64,000 bases of DNA, taken from NCBI RefSeq assembly GCF_009914755.1, contig NC_060942.1, one strand, 5' to 3'. This document shows positions 16,330 to 30,234 of this stretch, piece by piece; positions within the stretch are counted from its first letter, which is position 1; each line of letters starts with the position of its first letter. Source of the stretch: the human T2T-CHM13v2.0 reference genome, Homo sapiens. The position numbers and the translations under genes are program-made. The notes under the pieces were generated by a model. That model was not told the DNA's origin. It worked only from the letters and a program-made list of their open reading frames with translations, and did not search any database.

Positions 16330-17425
16330 TTATTTTTAAATAAACTTTTTATTTGGAATAACTTTAGGTTTACACAAAAGTTGCAAAGATAGTACAGAGA
16401 GTTCCCAAATATTCTTTTAATTTATGATCTGAATTATTATGGTACATTTTGTCAAAACTAAGAATCACTATGCGTTACGGTTTCTAAATTCCAAGTTTTA
16501 TTCAAGTATCACCAGTTTTCCACTAATGTCCTTTTTCTGTTCCACCACCCAGAGCAGGTGCTACATTACATTTAGTTGCTGTGTCTTCTTCGTCTCCTCT
16601 GGATGGTGATAATTTTAATGTTATTCTTTGTTTTTCATGCCTTTGACAATTTTGAGAGGTACTCGTCAGATAATTTATAGAATTTTCCTCCATTTGGATC
16701 TGTCTGATTTATTTTTTCATGATTAGACTGAAGTTATGGGTTTCTAGAAAGAATCTGTCAGAGGTGAAGTGCCCTTCCCATCACATCGCATCAGGCAGTA
16801 TATAATAATCACATGCCATCACTACTAATGTTAACCTCCGTCACTTGCTTAAGATTTTGTTGCCAGGTTTCTCCACTGAAAAGTAAGCCTCTCCCTTCTC
16901 CTCCACTGCTTTTAACACTCTGTTCTATGGAAAGAAGACATCAAACCTTTTCCACACCCAAAGGGGATAGGGAGGATGAAGTTCCACTTCCTGGAGAGGG
17001 GAATATCAATATAGATCATTTGAAGTTCATTTGTTAGGAAGACTCATCTCTTCATCATTCATTAATTTAATCATTTAATTATATCAGCATGGTTTCATGT
17101 AGAATTAATTTATACTTTGGGTTATAATGCAATGCAAAGGCGTTTCCTGTGGCTTGTTATTGCTTCAAACTGAAATTTAGCCACTGGGAGTTCCTTCAGG
17201 TTGGTTCCTGGGTTATTTTGACATGTCCGACCCAGTATTTATTTATTTATTTATTTTCATAAATAAAATAACTTTCCAGCTAACAAGCTATTCCTAGCCC
17301 ATCTTCTATGTTCTCTGTTTCAGCTTTAGAATCTGCCTTTTCTAAAAGAATTCTTGATTCCATTAATTGTAGAATGGTATTTCAAAGCTAAGATCTGAAT
17401 CCTGACAATGTGTTTTACTACTGGG
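16330..17425 (-). mobile_element. L1MC-type (about L1MC4) 3' UTR
   Basis: aaaagttgcaaagatagtacagagagttccc; gaggtgaagtgcccttcccatcacatc; gccaggtttctccactg. Confidence 0.78.
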
Positions 17426-17429
17426 AGAT

Positions 17430-18815
<1,386 letters not shown>

Positions 18816-18817
18816 TA

Positions 18818-20069
18818 TGAGGAGTCTTCAAAAAGTTTTTAGAAAATTCATATTATTAAAAAAACTATGCATAGATTTCAAATTTTTTTGCACCAAAGTA
18901 AACTCATACTAACTTGTTATGACATATCTGAGTAGTATCTAAGAAGAATATGCCATTACTTTGAAAAGAGTAACATGAATTCTGCTAAAATTGAAGCAAG
19001 ACTATCAAATTCATTGTGTACCTTGGGTGGAAGAATGATGAAATCACTAATGCCTTATTAAAGTTTATAAAGATAATGTCCCCGAAGAAATCAGCAATTT
19101 ACAGTGGATAACTTGTTTGAAGAAAAGACAAGTCTTCAGTGGCAGACCATCCAAGTCAATTGAAGAGAAAATAGTTAATCTTGTTTGTTCCCTAATTAAA
19201 GAGGACCAGTGAGTAACAGCAGAAACAACAGCCAACACTATAGACTTTTAAATTGGTTCAGCTTACACAATTCTGACTGTACAAGTGAAGTTGAGCAAAG
19301 TTTCCATTTGATCGGTTCCAAAAGTGTTCCACATAGATCAACTGCAGTCAAGAGAGAGTTTTCTATGGAAATTTTCAAAAAGAGGGATCAAGATCCCGAA
19401 GGATTCTTCAAAGGGTTGCAACAGAAGATGAAACATGGCTTTATGGGTTCAATCCTGAAGACAAACCACAACCAAATCAATGGTTACCAACAGGTGGAAG
19501 TAGTCCAGTCAAAGCAAAATTGAACTTGCCAGAGCAAAGGTAATGGAAATAGTTTTTTGGGGACATTCAGGGCATTTTGCTTCTTGACTTTCTGGAGGGC
19601 CAAAGAACAATCACATCTGATATTATAAGAATGGTTTGAGAATGTTAGCCAAAGCTGTAGCAGAAAAATTCCCAGGAAAGATTTATCGAGGGTTTTTCAC
19701 CACCATGGCAATATTTCTGCTCATTCTTTTCACCAGCAGGGCAATTTTATGAGAGTTTCAATGGGAAATCATTAGACAGCCACAATATGGTGCTGATTTT
19801 TGGCTCCTTCTAACTTCCTTTTGTTTCCTAATCTTAAAGAATCTTTTAAAGACACCCACTTTTCTTTAGTTAATAATGTAAAAAATATGTATTGACATTG
19901 TTACATTTCTAGGACCCTCAGTTCTTTAAGAATGAACTAAATGGCTGATATCATTGCTTATAAAAGTGTCTAGAACTTGATGAAACTTACATTGAGAAAT
20001 ACAGTTTATTTATTTTATATTTTTATTTTTTAATTCTATTTTTTCATGAACTTTTTTGAAGTTTATTCA
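18818..20069 (+). mobile_element. Hsmar2 (HSMAR2) mariner transposon, near full length
   Basis: Left TIR tgaggagtcttcaaaaagtt, right TIR aacttttttgaagtttattca, TA on both sides (18816-17, 20070-71); internal transposase remnant. Confidence 0.95.
18975..20001 (+). pseudogene. Degraded Hsmar2 mariner transposase
   Basis: ATG at 18975 gives MNSAKIEAR. Later fragments in shifting frames: FSMEIFKKRDQDPEGF, TEDETWLY, HHGNISAH (from HHDNAPAH), ...APSNF (from DLAPSDF). Multiple frameshifts. Confidence 0.9.
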
Positions 20070-20764
20070 TACATATTATGTGTGATATTAACAGTTTGAA
20101 CTTATTGAGACTTCCTTTATAGGCTGATGGTCCACCATTTTAGTGACAGATACATAAACATTTGAAAGGAATATGGATTCTCTTACTTGTGTGTATAAAT
20201 ATACATGTTTATATAGTTATAGCTCAAGTTGATTAGTTGTGTTGATACACAGGGCATTAGTTTTGATGCTCTCATTCTAAGATATTAGGGTCAATATCCT
20301 CTATTAGATTCCTGAGATCGTCCATCCTCCAAGCATACTAACTATGGATGAAGCACACCTCTTCCCTAAAGCCATCCTCTCTAGCTCTCTGACTTTCTGT
20401 TATACTGTGTACCAATTACATTTTAGGAATATATTCAGTTTTACAGGATGTTCCCTTATTACACCATTGGCGTAGTCCATATTTTGGAATTTCTATGTTA
20501 CCTGCTTTCTTGTATGTCTTTTACATTTTTCTTCAAACACATCATTTTTAAACAAGTATATAAAAAATAAATATACCCACTTCTCACCTGTCTGACAAAA
20601 TATTTTTAAAACCATATATTTTGTTGATATTTTGATTAAGTATAAAATACTTGGTTCATGAAGTGGTTCATTTAGAACATTGACAGCACTACTTGGTTGA
20701 CTTTTAGCACATTATATTACTGAAGAAATGTTCGACTTTACAAATTCCTTATAAGTTATTGCTT

Positions 20765-20907
20765 GTGGTCAGCTGAACAATGGCATCACAAGATCTTCAT
20801 GTTCTAGTCCCTGGTACCTATAAATATATTGCTTTATATGGCAAAAGGAACTTTTCAGCTGCAATTAAGGATCTTTAGCCAGAGAAATAATTCTGGGTTA
20901 ATCAGGT
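20765..20907 (+). mobile_element. MLT1 (MLT1D/C-like) LTR, 5' fragment only
   Basis: tgtggtcagctgaacaatgg...tatatggcaaaaggaacttttcagctgcaattaagga. Confidence 0.7.
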
Positions 20908-23900
20908 TGTTTGTTTCTTATTATTGAATTTTGAGTGCTTTTAAATATACTTTGGATACAACTCCTCTATCAGACATGTGATTTGCAAATCACAATCTAT
21001 TTTGGACTTTCGATCTATTTTTTTTTTTTCCATTTGCTTAGCAATGTATTTCAAAAAGCTGTAATTCTAAATTTTGATGAAGTTCAGATACTATCTTTTT
21101 AAGTACTTCCTCCTTCTAAAATATTTTTGCCTATGTCACAAAGTTTCCTCAGGTTTTTTTCTGAGTTTTCTTCCAGAAGTTTTATAGTTGAAATTTTTAT
21201 ATTTAAATCTATGTTATGATATATTTTGAATGAAAAAAAATTCTTTTTCTATTTTTTACATACATATAAACATCCAATTGTCTCAGCACCATTTTGTGAA
21301 ATTTATTAAATTGATTATTGTTTGTTGAAAATCAATTGATCACATGTGTGGATCTAAACCTGTTTTATTTATGAACTTGTCAATCTTTTTTCCCTTGTAT
21401 CTTCTCTCATATATTATATTTGTCAGTCTTAATGCTAATACTACATTCTCTTGGTTGCTGAACTTTTATAATAGATCTTGTAAGCAGATAGTTATGTCTA
21501 GACAGCTTTTGTCTTCTTTTTCAGTTTTTTTTTTGTTTTTGTTATTTTAAGACGTTTATATTTTCATATGAATTTTAGAATCAGGTTGGAAATGTCCACC
21601 GATAGTCGCTGGAAATATAATGTAGATTGTATTAAATCTATAAAACAAGTTCAGGATAATTGACAGTTTGATAATATTAAATCTTTTGAAAATGAATGTG
21701 ATATATCTGTCCTATTTTAGGTCTTCTTAGTTTCTCTTGGCAATATTTTACTTTTTTCAGTGTATAGTATCTTTTATAAGATATATTACTAAATATTTAA
21801 CATTTCATGCTATTGTGAATATTATTTTAAATTTCATTTCTGAATGTTTCTTTCTAGTATACAGATAATCATTCGTCTTTGTATATAGCTCTTGAATCTT
21901 GCAATATTGTTAAACTCACGTATTAGTTCTAGTGGGGTTTTCTTTAAGTAGATTCAACAGGAATTTTTATGTAGATGATTATGTAATCTGAAAATAAGGC
22001 AGTTTTAATTATTGTTTTGTAATCTAGATGATTGATATATATATATATGTATTTCTTGTATTTTTTTCTACTGACAAGAACCTCCATTACAATGCTAAAT
22101 AGAAATAACAGCAGGCATGTTTGTCTTGTTCTTGATCTTAGAGAATAAAGTGTTTGATCTTTCACCATAAAAAATGAGATGTATGTCTTCTCTCTGATAC
22201 ACTTTATCAAGCTGAGGAAGTTTCCTTCTGGTACTAGTTTGATGAGAACGTTTACTACAAATGCGTGGTAGAATTTATCAAAAGCTTTTTATGTGTCTGT
22301 TGATATTATCACCTGTTTTTTCCTTTTTAGTCTGTTAATACAATAAATCACATTGATTTATTTTTGAATGATAAAACAGTCTCAAAATCTTGTTATAAAT
22401 ACCAGTTGCTTGTGATGTATTATCCTTCTAATTTATTGTTAGATTAGGATTGCAAATATTTTGTTTAAAATATTTATGTGTTTTCATAAGAGATATTATG
22501 TTGGAGCCCGAAAGAATGATGGTCTTGATCAACTCAGTATACCACTGGAGTCTATATGAGTAAACAGCAATCTGTTTCTCATAAATGCAGAATATTGGCA
22601 AACTGACAAACCTCATATGCCACCCAGAAGGAAGGCTGAGGGCAGTTAGGACCCAGGCGCAAGTGTTTCTTATGATTAGCCATAATTGAAATCTGTCAGT
22701 AACAATACAAACCTGTGATCAATTAAGCAGCTGGCCAATTGTTACCTCCTCCTCCTTGCTCTTGTTACTCAATAAATACCTGTAGAAGTTCAGGGGCGGC
22801 CTTTGCTCACTAGAAGCAGGAAGCTCTCTTTTTCTCCCCATGTTGCCTTTTCTTAAAATAGTTACTTTTTTCTCATTTCTACCTTGGTCCTTTCGTTCAG
22901 TCCCGTAATGACGGTCTCAAGTAGTAGTAGTGGCAGTCAGCCACGGTATTAGTTGTCTTACACTGTTTTTGTCTAGTTTTTGTGTCAGGGTAATCTGGCT
23001 CTATAAAATGAGTTTGGAAATATTCTCTCCTTTTCAATTATTTGGAGACATTTTGGAAAATGTAAATATTTTCTTTTACATTTTCTTTCTTTTACATTTT
23101 CTTTCTTTCTTTTACATTTTCTTTCTGTCTTTTACATTTATGTAAAAGAAAGACATAAAATATTTCTCTTACATTTACAATGTTTGACAGAATTTCCTTA
23201 AAAATCATTTATGCCTGGAATTTTCTTTGTGGGAAAGTTTTCAACTACAAATTTGTTTATTTAATGGATATAATGTTATTTTCTTCAGCTAAGTGTAGCT
23301 AGTTGGTGCCTATCAAGAAATTTGTACCTTTTTTTCAAGTTGTTGAATATATTAGAAGAAAGCTGGTCACAAAATTCTATTATTATCATTTTAATGTCTA
23401 CACAATCTTTTATAATCTTTATTCTTCCATATCTAGTATTGGCAATTTGTATCTACTCTTTTTTCTTAATCAATCTAGCTAAGGTTTATCAGTTTCATTT
23501 ATCATCTCAAAGAACAATCTATTGTTCTATTGATTTATTCAAGTGTTCTTTTTTTCTGGCTTATTGATTTCCCTTGTGATTTTTATAATTTTATCTTTAT
23601 CTGCTTGTTTGGGTCTTTATTTGCTTTTTTCAGTTTTTAAGGTAGCAATTGAAGTTATTCCTTTGAGATATTTTTCTTTTCTAACATAGCTACCTATTGC
23701 TAAAAATTTCCCTATAAGTCCCTTTAAGTTACATTCTTCAAACTTGACATGTTGAGATTTTGCTTCTTATTATTTCAAAATATTCTATTTTTCCTTTTGA
23801 TTTTACTTTTGATTCTTAAGTTGTTTATAAATGTGTAGTTTAGTTTTCAGTTGCTTAACATATTTCCATTATCTTTCTGTTATTCCTATCTAATTTTATT

Positions 23901-24110
23901 GTACTGTGACCTGAGAATATACTTTCTATAATTTGAATTTTTAAAAATTAATTATTATTTTATGCAAAAAAAGAACCAGATTCTTTTAGTAAATGTTGCA
24001 TGTGCTCATGAAAAGAAGTCTGCTGTTGGGGTAAAGTGTTCTATAAACCTCAATTATGTCAAGTTGATTGACAATGTTGTTCCAATTTCCTATATCCTTA
24101 CTAACTGACA
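20908..24110 (-). mobile_element. L1M (L1MB/MC/MD-like) ORF2 body, interrupted by LTR22
   Basis: ORF 21944..22210 contains LRSRTRQTCLL...FSIVMEVL (compare the RT motif [23 protein letters not shown]); continuous L1 antisense motifs. Confidence 0.88.
22499..22945 (+). mobile_element. LTR22-family solo LTR (HERV-K HML-5)
   Basis: tgttggagcccgaaagaatga...caactcagtataccactggag...ggcagtcagccac; TSD atatta / gtatta; internal aataaa. Confidence 0.85.
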
Positions 24111-26235
24111 ACTTGAAGTTCTTCCACTGCTCACTGCTGCTGGACTTACTCTATTATTTTTTCAGTTTCTTTTTAAACTCTTTTCCTTTTCCTTTGCATA
24201 ATTTCTATTGCTATGTCTTTAAATTTACCATTTTTTCTACCTCATTTAATCTTCTGAGTAATCCCATCCATTGTATATTTTATAACAGTCATTGTATTTT
24301 TTAGGCTCAATTTATGTCTTTTTGTACTTTCCGTGTCTCTACTTTGTATGCTTAATTTTTCCTCTAGCTTTTTGAACATATGGAATAGAATTATATATTT
24401 TTTAATGTTATTGTCCACCAGTTCTGTTACCTGTTTAATTTTTGGCTCAGTTTTGATGAATCTATTTTTTCCTATGGATTATATTTTACTGCTTATTTGC
24501 AAGACCAGTAATTTTTTTTTATTAAATGTTAGGCATCATGACATTACCCTGTTGGGTGTGGATATTTTTATACTTTTGTAAATATAAATTTTTATGGGTG
24601 ATGTAATTATTTGAACAGTGTGATTCTTTTTGGTCATACTTTTTAAAGCTGTGTTGGGCAAGACCAGAGGAGGATTTCCTATGGGCTTATTATTCCCCAC
24701 TTTTGTGATAAGACCCTCTTACTACTCTAGAGGTCTCATGATTTGTGACATTTGCCACTCTTGCAGGCACTATGGCCAGCTCTGTGTATGCCTGGATGAC
24801 TTTTCCATTTTGTCTTTTCTGCGGTTCTTTCTCTGACTTCCTGTAATTTCCTTACACATATGCTGTGACCAGGACTCTGTTGAATAATCAGAAAGAATTC
24901 TCTTCAGATGTTCTGATTTCTCTCTCTGTTAAGCTTTCTCCTCTCTACCCTTCAAACTCTAGCCATGTTGGCTGTGGGGAAAAGAAAGAGAGACGAGACT
25001 GTTACTGTGTCTATGTAGAAAGAAGTAGACATAAGAGACTCCATTTTGTTCTGTACTAAGAAAAATTCTTCTGCCTTGAGATGCTGTTAATCTGTAACCC
25101 TACCCCCAACCCTGTGCTCCCAGAAACACGTGCTGTGTCAACTCAAGGTTTAATGGATTTAGGGCTATGAAGGATGTGCTTTGTTAAACAAGTGCTTGAA
25201 GGCAGCATGCTTGTTAAAAGTCATCACCACTCCCTAATCTCAAGTACCCAGGGACACAAAACACTGCGGAAGGCCGCAGGGACCTCTGCCCAGGAAAGCC
25301 AGGTATTGACCAAGGTTTCTCCCCATGTGATAGCCTGAGATATGGCCTCCTGGGAAGGGAAAGACCTGACTGTCCCCCAGGCCGACACCCGTAAAGGGTC
25401 TGTGCTGAGGAGGATTAGTAAAAGAGGAAGGCCTCTTTGCAGGTGAGATAAGAGGAAGGCATCTGTCTCCTGCTTGTCGCTGGGCAATGGAATGTCTCGG
25501 TGTAAAACCCGATTGTATATTCCATCTACTGAGATAGAAGAAAACCACCTTAGGGCTAGAGGTGAGACATGCTGGTGGGAATACTGCTCTTTAATGCATT
25601 GAGATGTTTATGTATGTGCACATCAAAGCAAAGCAATTTTTCTTTACCTTGTTTATGATACAGAGATATTTGTTCACATGTTTTCCTGCTGACCCTCTCC
25701 CCACTATTACCCTATTGTCCTGCCACATCCGCCTCTCTGAGATGGTAGAGATAATGATCAATAAATACTGAGGGAACTCAGAGACCGGTGCTGGCGCGCG
25801 GGTCCTCCATATGCTGAGCGCAGGTACCCTGGAACCACTTTTCTGTCTCTATACTTTGTCTCTGAGTCTCTTTCTTTTCTCAGTCTTTCGTCCCACCCGA
25901 CGAGAAACACCCACAGGTGTGGAGCGGCAGGCCACCTCTTCAGTTGGCGTCTTTGGATTCTCCAGTCTATTTTCTCAATTCAGGGGGAGAGTTAGTCACT
26001 GCCTGTGTTCTTCCTGCTTGCACTGCAGCCTAGACATTCTTTTCCTTAGGCAGTAAACTGAAGTAATTATAGAACTCAGCTTTTTCCCTCATCCCTTAAA
26101 GATCACAGCCTTTCATCACCTAATATCTAACATCTTGAGAACTGTGATTTCTTTTTCTTTTTTTTCAGTTTTGTTATTTCAGGTGGGAGTGTAAATTTGG
26201 TCCCTATTACTCCATCTTGATAGGAAGTGAAGGTT
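24110..26235 (-). mobile_element. Old L1M 5'/ORF1-region remnant, interrupted by LTR5
   Basis: T-rich L1 antisense character; the sequence reads through across the LTR5 TSD (agccatgttggc|gtctttggattctcc). Confidence 0.55.
24973..25942 (+). mobile_element. HERV-K(HML-2) solo LTR, LTR5B/LTR5A type, complete (970 bp)
   Basis: tgtggggaaaagaaagagaga...ggcaggccacctcttca; perfect 6-bp TSD GTTGGC (24967-72, 25943-48); aataaa near 25760. The end sequence and tgtaaaa box differ from LTR5_Hs. Confidence 0.97.
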
Positions 26236-27935
26236 CTGATTTTGATAGAAAAACATTTTAATTACTAATGTGACAAATCCAAGTAATAATTTTACTGGGA
26301 GTCATCAAAGCTGTTATCCATACCATGTCTCCTACAAACATTATTACAATGTAAATCCAAGATGATATCTCATCACTCTTACCTGACTGAGACAAGGATG
26401 AAGATGTAATATTAATTGGCCCTAAATTATCTTTTATCTATACTGTTCAACAACAATAACTTTATGCTGATTATGAAATATCCTTCCTTTTGACTTACTT
26501 CGTCCCTTGAGAAAGGAGATTTATTCTACTATGGTCAGTCAGAAATCTTCTCATTATATCAAAGACAATAAATTGAATTGTCTATCACATTTAGTTTTTT
26601 GTTGTCAGTTTATCGTATTTAGGGAACAATAAGTTTGTCTTATTTCTTCTCTTTTTCTTTTACTTCCACCTAATTGCATATTTCCTCCATGGAATGTAGT
26701 ATGGGTTTCAGGATCACTGTAAAATGATTCTCTAATTACGTTTTATTCTTTGCTCTTCAGGAAATTAAAACCCTTGTGATATATTAATGGTCTTGACTGC
26801 AGTTAGGAGTTGACCCCTTACAGCAGGGCCTAGTATAAAGACTTGTCACTGTCAGCACTGGCATATTTGAGGCAGGAACTGGTGGAAGCATGCTGGACTA
26901 AATCTCTGTAGGCAGAGGGCGAGGGAGGCTTGTGGGAAAAAAGTTGAGATTATTCATATTTGATTTTTATTGCTTATGTTTTCTAGTAATAATGACATCA
27001 GACTCATCTGAGATGTGAAGTATCTTCCATTTCAGCACTTCATTTGCTGTCCCTTGGGCACAGGGGCATAGTGGGCACTCCTGCATGGAAGAGAGTTAAG
27101 AGGGAACATGGATGGGCTGAATACAAATGTCCTACTAGGAGCTCAGCAAAGAGAGGCAAATGGATTTTTGCAGTTTTCTTTGTTTTTTCTTTGTACTTAC
27201 TGCTATTATTTGGGGGGCATGATGTTGATAATAAAGATTAAGTTCTAGAACAAGATATTTAAAGATTATAAAAGTGGATATCTAAATCCTCTTGGGACCC
27301 GTATAGTCCTGGTTCTTTTGACTTTCCTTCATTGACTTCGTTCATTCTCTCAATTCCTAAGCATTTAGTATCTGCTTCATGTCACAGAGAAAAGCAGTTA
27401 TTTTCACAGTTACTTGAGTTATTTAAAAAACATTCAAAATAGTTTACACTAATTTAATTTATTATAGCCACAACTATGCACTGCCTTTTGTACCACTTCA
27501 ATGGGAGAGTATTCAGTGTAAATCAATCACTAAATGTGTCTAACTTATATGAAAAAACTAATGATTATTTTATTAAATTTTAATAATTTACATTTTTATA
27601 CTATAGTAATCTCATTTTAATACACTTTAGACACAAATAAAATGATATGTAAGTTAGTTTTTAAAATTTCCTACAATTGCTTCCTTTCTTAATCATTAAC
27701 CACTCCTTAAATATCTTTAACTATATGCTGCTGAAAGAGAGTAATTGAAGATAATAATGAAGAAATGTTTCATAGCTTTCCTTTGAAGATATCCTGGGAA
27801 TGTCCACTGGTGCTGTATTTAATCTTTTGAAGACCTTCCAATAGCTTTGCCTGATGACATGCTTCCCACTTATGATTTCTGGAACTTGTCGTAGACTAGA
27901 ATGGTGATACTTTTATTACTTACTGATTAATGTTT

Positions 27936-27957
27936 ATATATATATATATATATATAT
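27936..27957. repeat. (TA)n microsatellite
   Basis: Directly visible. Confidence 0.9.
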
Positions 27958-28639
27958 GGGCATATAGTTCTTCCAACATACTTTCTCCCAATATAGTGAT
28001 TTTGTCTACTACAATTGTGTAGCCTTTATCTTCCCAGCAAGAATATAGCACTAATATACATAAGCACTATCTCATATTGATCTGTGTGTTTTCTAAATAA
28101 TATAATAATATAGGCTGCTGGCAGTGAGTAAATATTGGGCATGTCGCTCTTCCTTATCACATCAATTGAAGAGTTTTATGCAGTGACCCCTCATGTTAGG
28201 AGGTGAATAATGTAATATATTTGATCATTAATTTAATAAATGTAAGATGTTTATATGCAGTCAACATTAAGATAGGGTTAGTAATTTCTTATGAAAGCAT
28301 TTATGTAGAACACTTTCTAGAGGAATAGGGTCTCTCCAAGTGTACGTCAGGTCTGCTTCAAAGTGGGAAAAATGCACCCCCCAAAAGCACATGACATTGA
28401 TGTAGTGGTGGAGAAAATAAAATATATGAAATTCACATATGGTCTATAATGTATAAATTTGAAATAATTGCAACAGAAATATTGTCTGCCTTCAGAATGG
28501 CTGCCATAACTGAGTCACTAATTAAGCTCATACTGGCACATCATAGGGAATATATGATGCTTTTGGCCTTGAGGATACTTCGGTTGATGTGCTAGTCAGA
28601 CATTAAAGTAATAGTTTATAAAAAATAAAAAAATAAAGT

Positions 28640-28945
28640 AATTATTTTTTATAAAAGAAATAGAACATTGCAGATAAGGGTGAAATTTCTTTATTATCTT
28701 CTCCCCGGGGGGTAATTACTATCATAAAATTGCTGTGTACCTTTCCAGTCTGTTTTTATACTTTTAAAATATGAATATATACATAAGCACTATCTCATAC
28801 TGCTCTGTGTGTTTTCTAAATAACGTAATTTTCAGTAGAATATATACATCACTTAGCAAATTTATTTTTTACTTAATAATATTTGGAGATCAATCCTATC
28901 CATGTTCATAAGTATGTATTTAGTAATTATTTTAAAATCTGCCAT
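28640..28945 (-). mobile_element. L1ME-like 3' UTR fragment
   Basis: ggtaattactatcataaaattg; tttttacttaataatatttggagatcaatcctat. Confidence 0.6.
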
Positions 28946-30234
28946 ATGGAATTAAGAGCTTCTGAACCATGTATTAGAAATGCAAGAAGGGTTGCTGGTT
29001 GCTCTAATTCTTTCAAAGAACAAACACCAGACGAACTTCAAAGATCAACCATTTTTCTTATTTCTTTGGAGAAAGAAAGTCAGGGACTAAACGATGGTCT
29101 CAAAATCTAAAAAGAATTGATGTCTTCAGGGACAACAGTGATGTCAGCATGTTCTCACGCTGGGCAGACGCAACAGACACCAGTCAAGAGTTCAGCTAGA
29201 AGAGCTGGCAGTTTGGAGAAGGCCAAGTGTGAGTCTCCATGACAGTGTGAAACCCCTGAGAGCCAAAGAAATTGGAGGGTCCATATCCTCTTGCCACAAA
29301 TTTCACCAGAGAGAAAGTTTATAAAAATTCTTAAAAAAAAAATCATTGTGGTGTAGAACTGAAATAAGGGAATATCAGCCTTGAAGGAGGGGTAAGAAAT
29401 TCTGCCTGGGTTCTTCTCCCCCACCTCTGCTATGGACTAACAGCCTTAAACTGTAAGAAAACAGATTATACATGCTGCTACCTTTAGGATGTTGTTTAAA
29501 AAATCATTGCATTTGGGAGATAAAAAGAAAAGAAAGGTGGGGGGAAACAATTGTAAGTGGGGACAATTGTAAGTAAGGGAGGGGGACAGCAGTAAGTGGG
29601 ACCAAAAACTACAGTTGAAGGAAGGGCAGGAAAACTGAGAGCCACACCAGCAAAATCAATGGGAAGGAGTGTTTCCCTAATAGAGGAGTAATCAGGATAA
29701 AAGAAAAAACACTCCTTCTCCCACCAAGCTAGCAAGCTTCAAAAGCAAGTGACAGCAGAATACTGATACAAGAGAGATGATAGAGAAAAAAGAGTGAACA
29801 AGGGGACCCACTCTGAGGCATAGTACAACAGAAAGACCTAACATTCAAAACTGAAAAGACATTGTTCTGATAAACCAATACCTAGTCTAATTGAAGTTGT
29901 CATAGAGACGTCAATACAAAGGAGAACCAAGGCAGCAACAAATCTCAAACCCAGCCCAATTCCTATCTAGATTAACTCAAAGCCTACCTCAAAATACCAG
30001 TAGAGGTTGTGCCCATTTTCAAGCATAAAAATCATTTTACCACAGTCTCCAGTGCTTTACATAACACGTTCAACTTTCCAACACACACACACACACACGG
30101 CATAGAAATGGCAAGAAAAGAAAAAGATATTCAGAAAAGATAAAGCAATTATTAGAACTAAACTTGGATATCACTAAGATGTTGAAACTACCTGACTAAA
30201 AAGTTGTTTATTTATTTTAATTTAAAAAATGTTT

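Noticed and set aside
19209-19523. 104-aa ORF as a functional or domesticated transposase
   Set aside because: Only a short stretch is in the Hsmar2 frame, and the catalytic motifs are mutated or out of frame.
25224-26056. ORFs overlapping LTR5, and a possible primer-binding site (tggcg) after the LTR
   Set aside because: The ORFs are incidental LTR translations. The gttggc after the LTR is the target-site duplication, and no gag leader follows, so this is a solo LTR.
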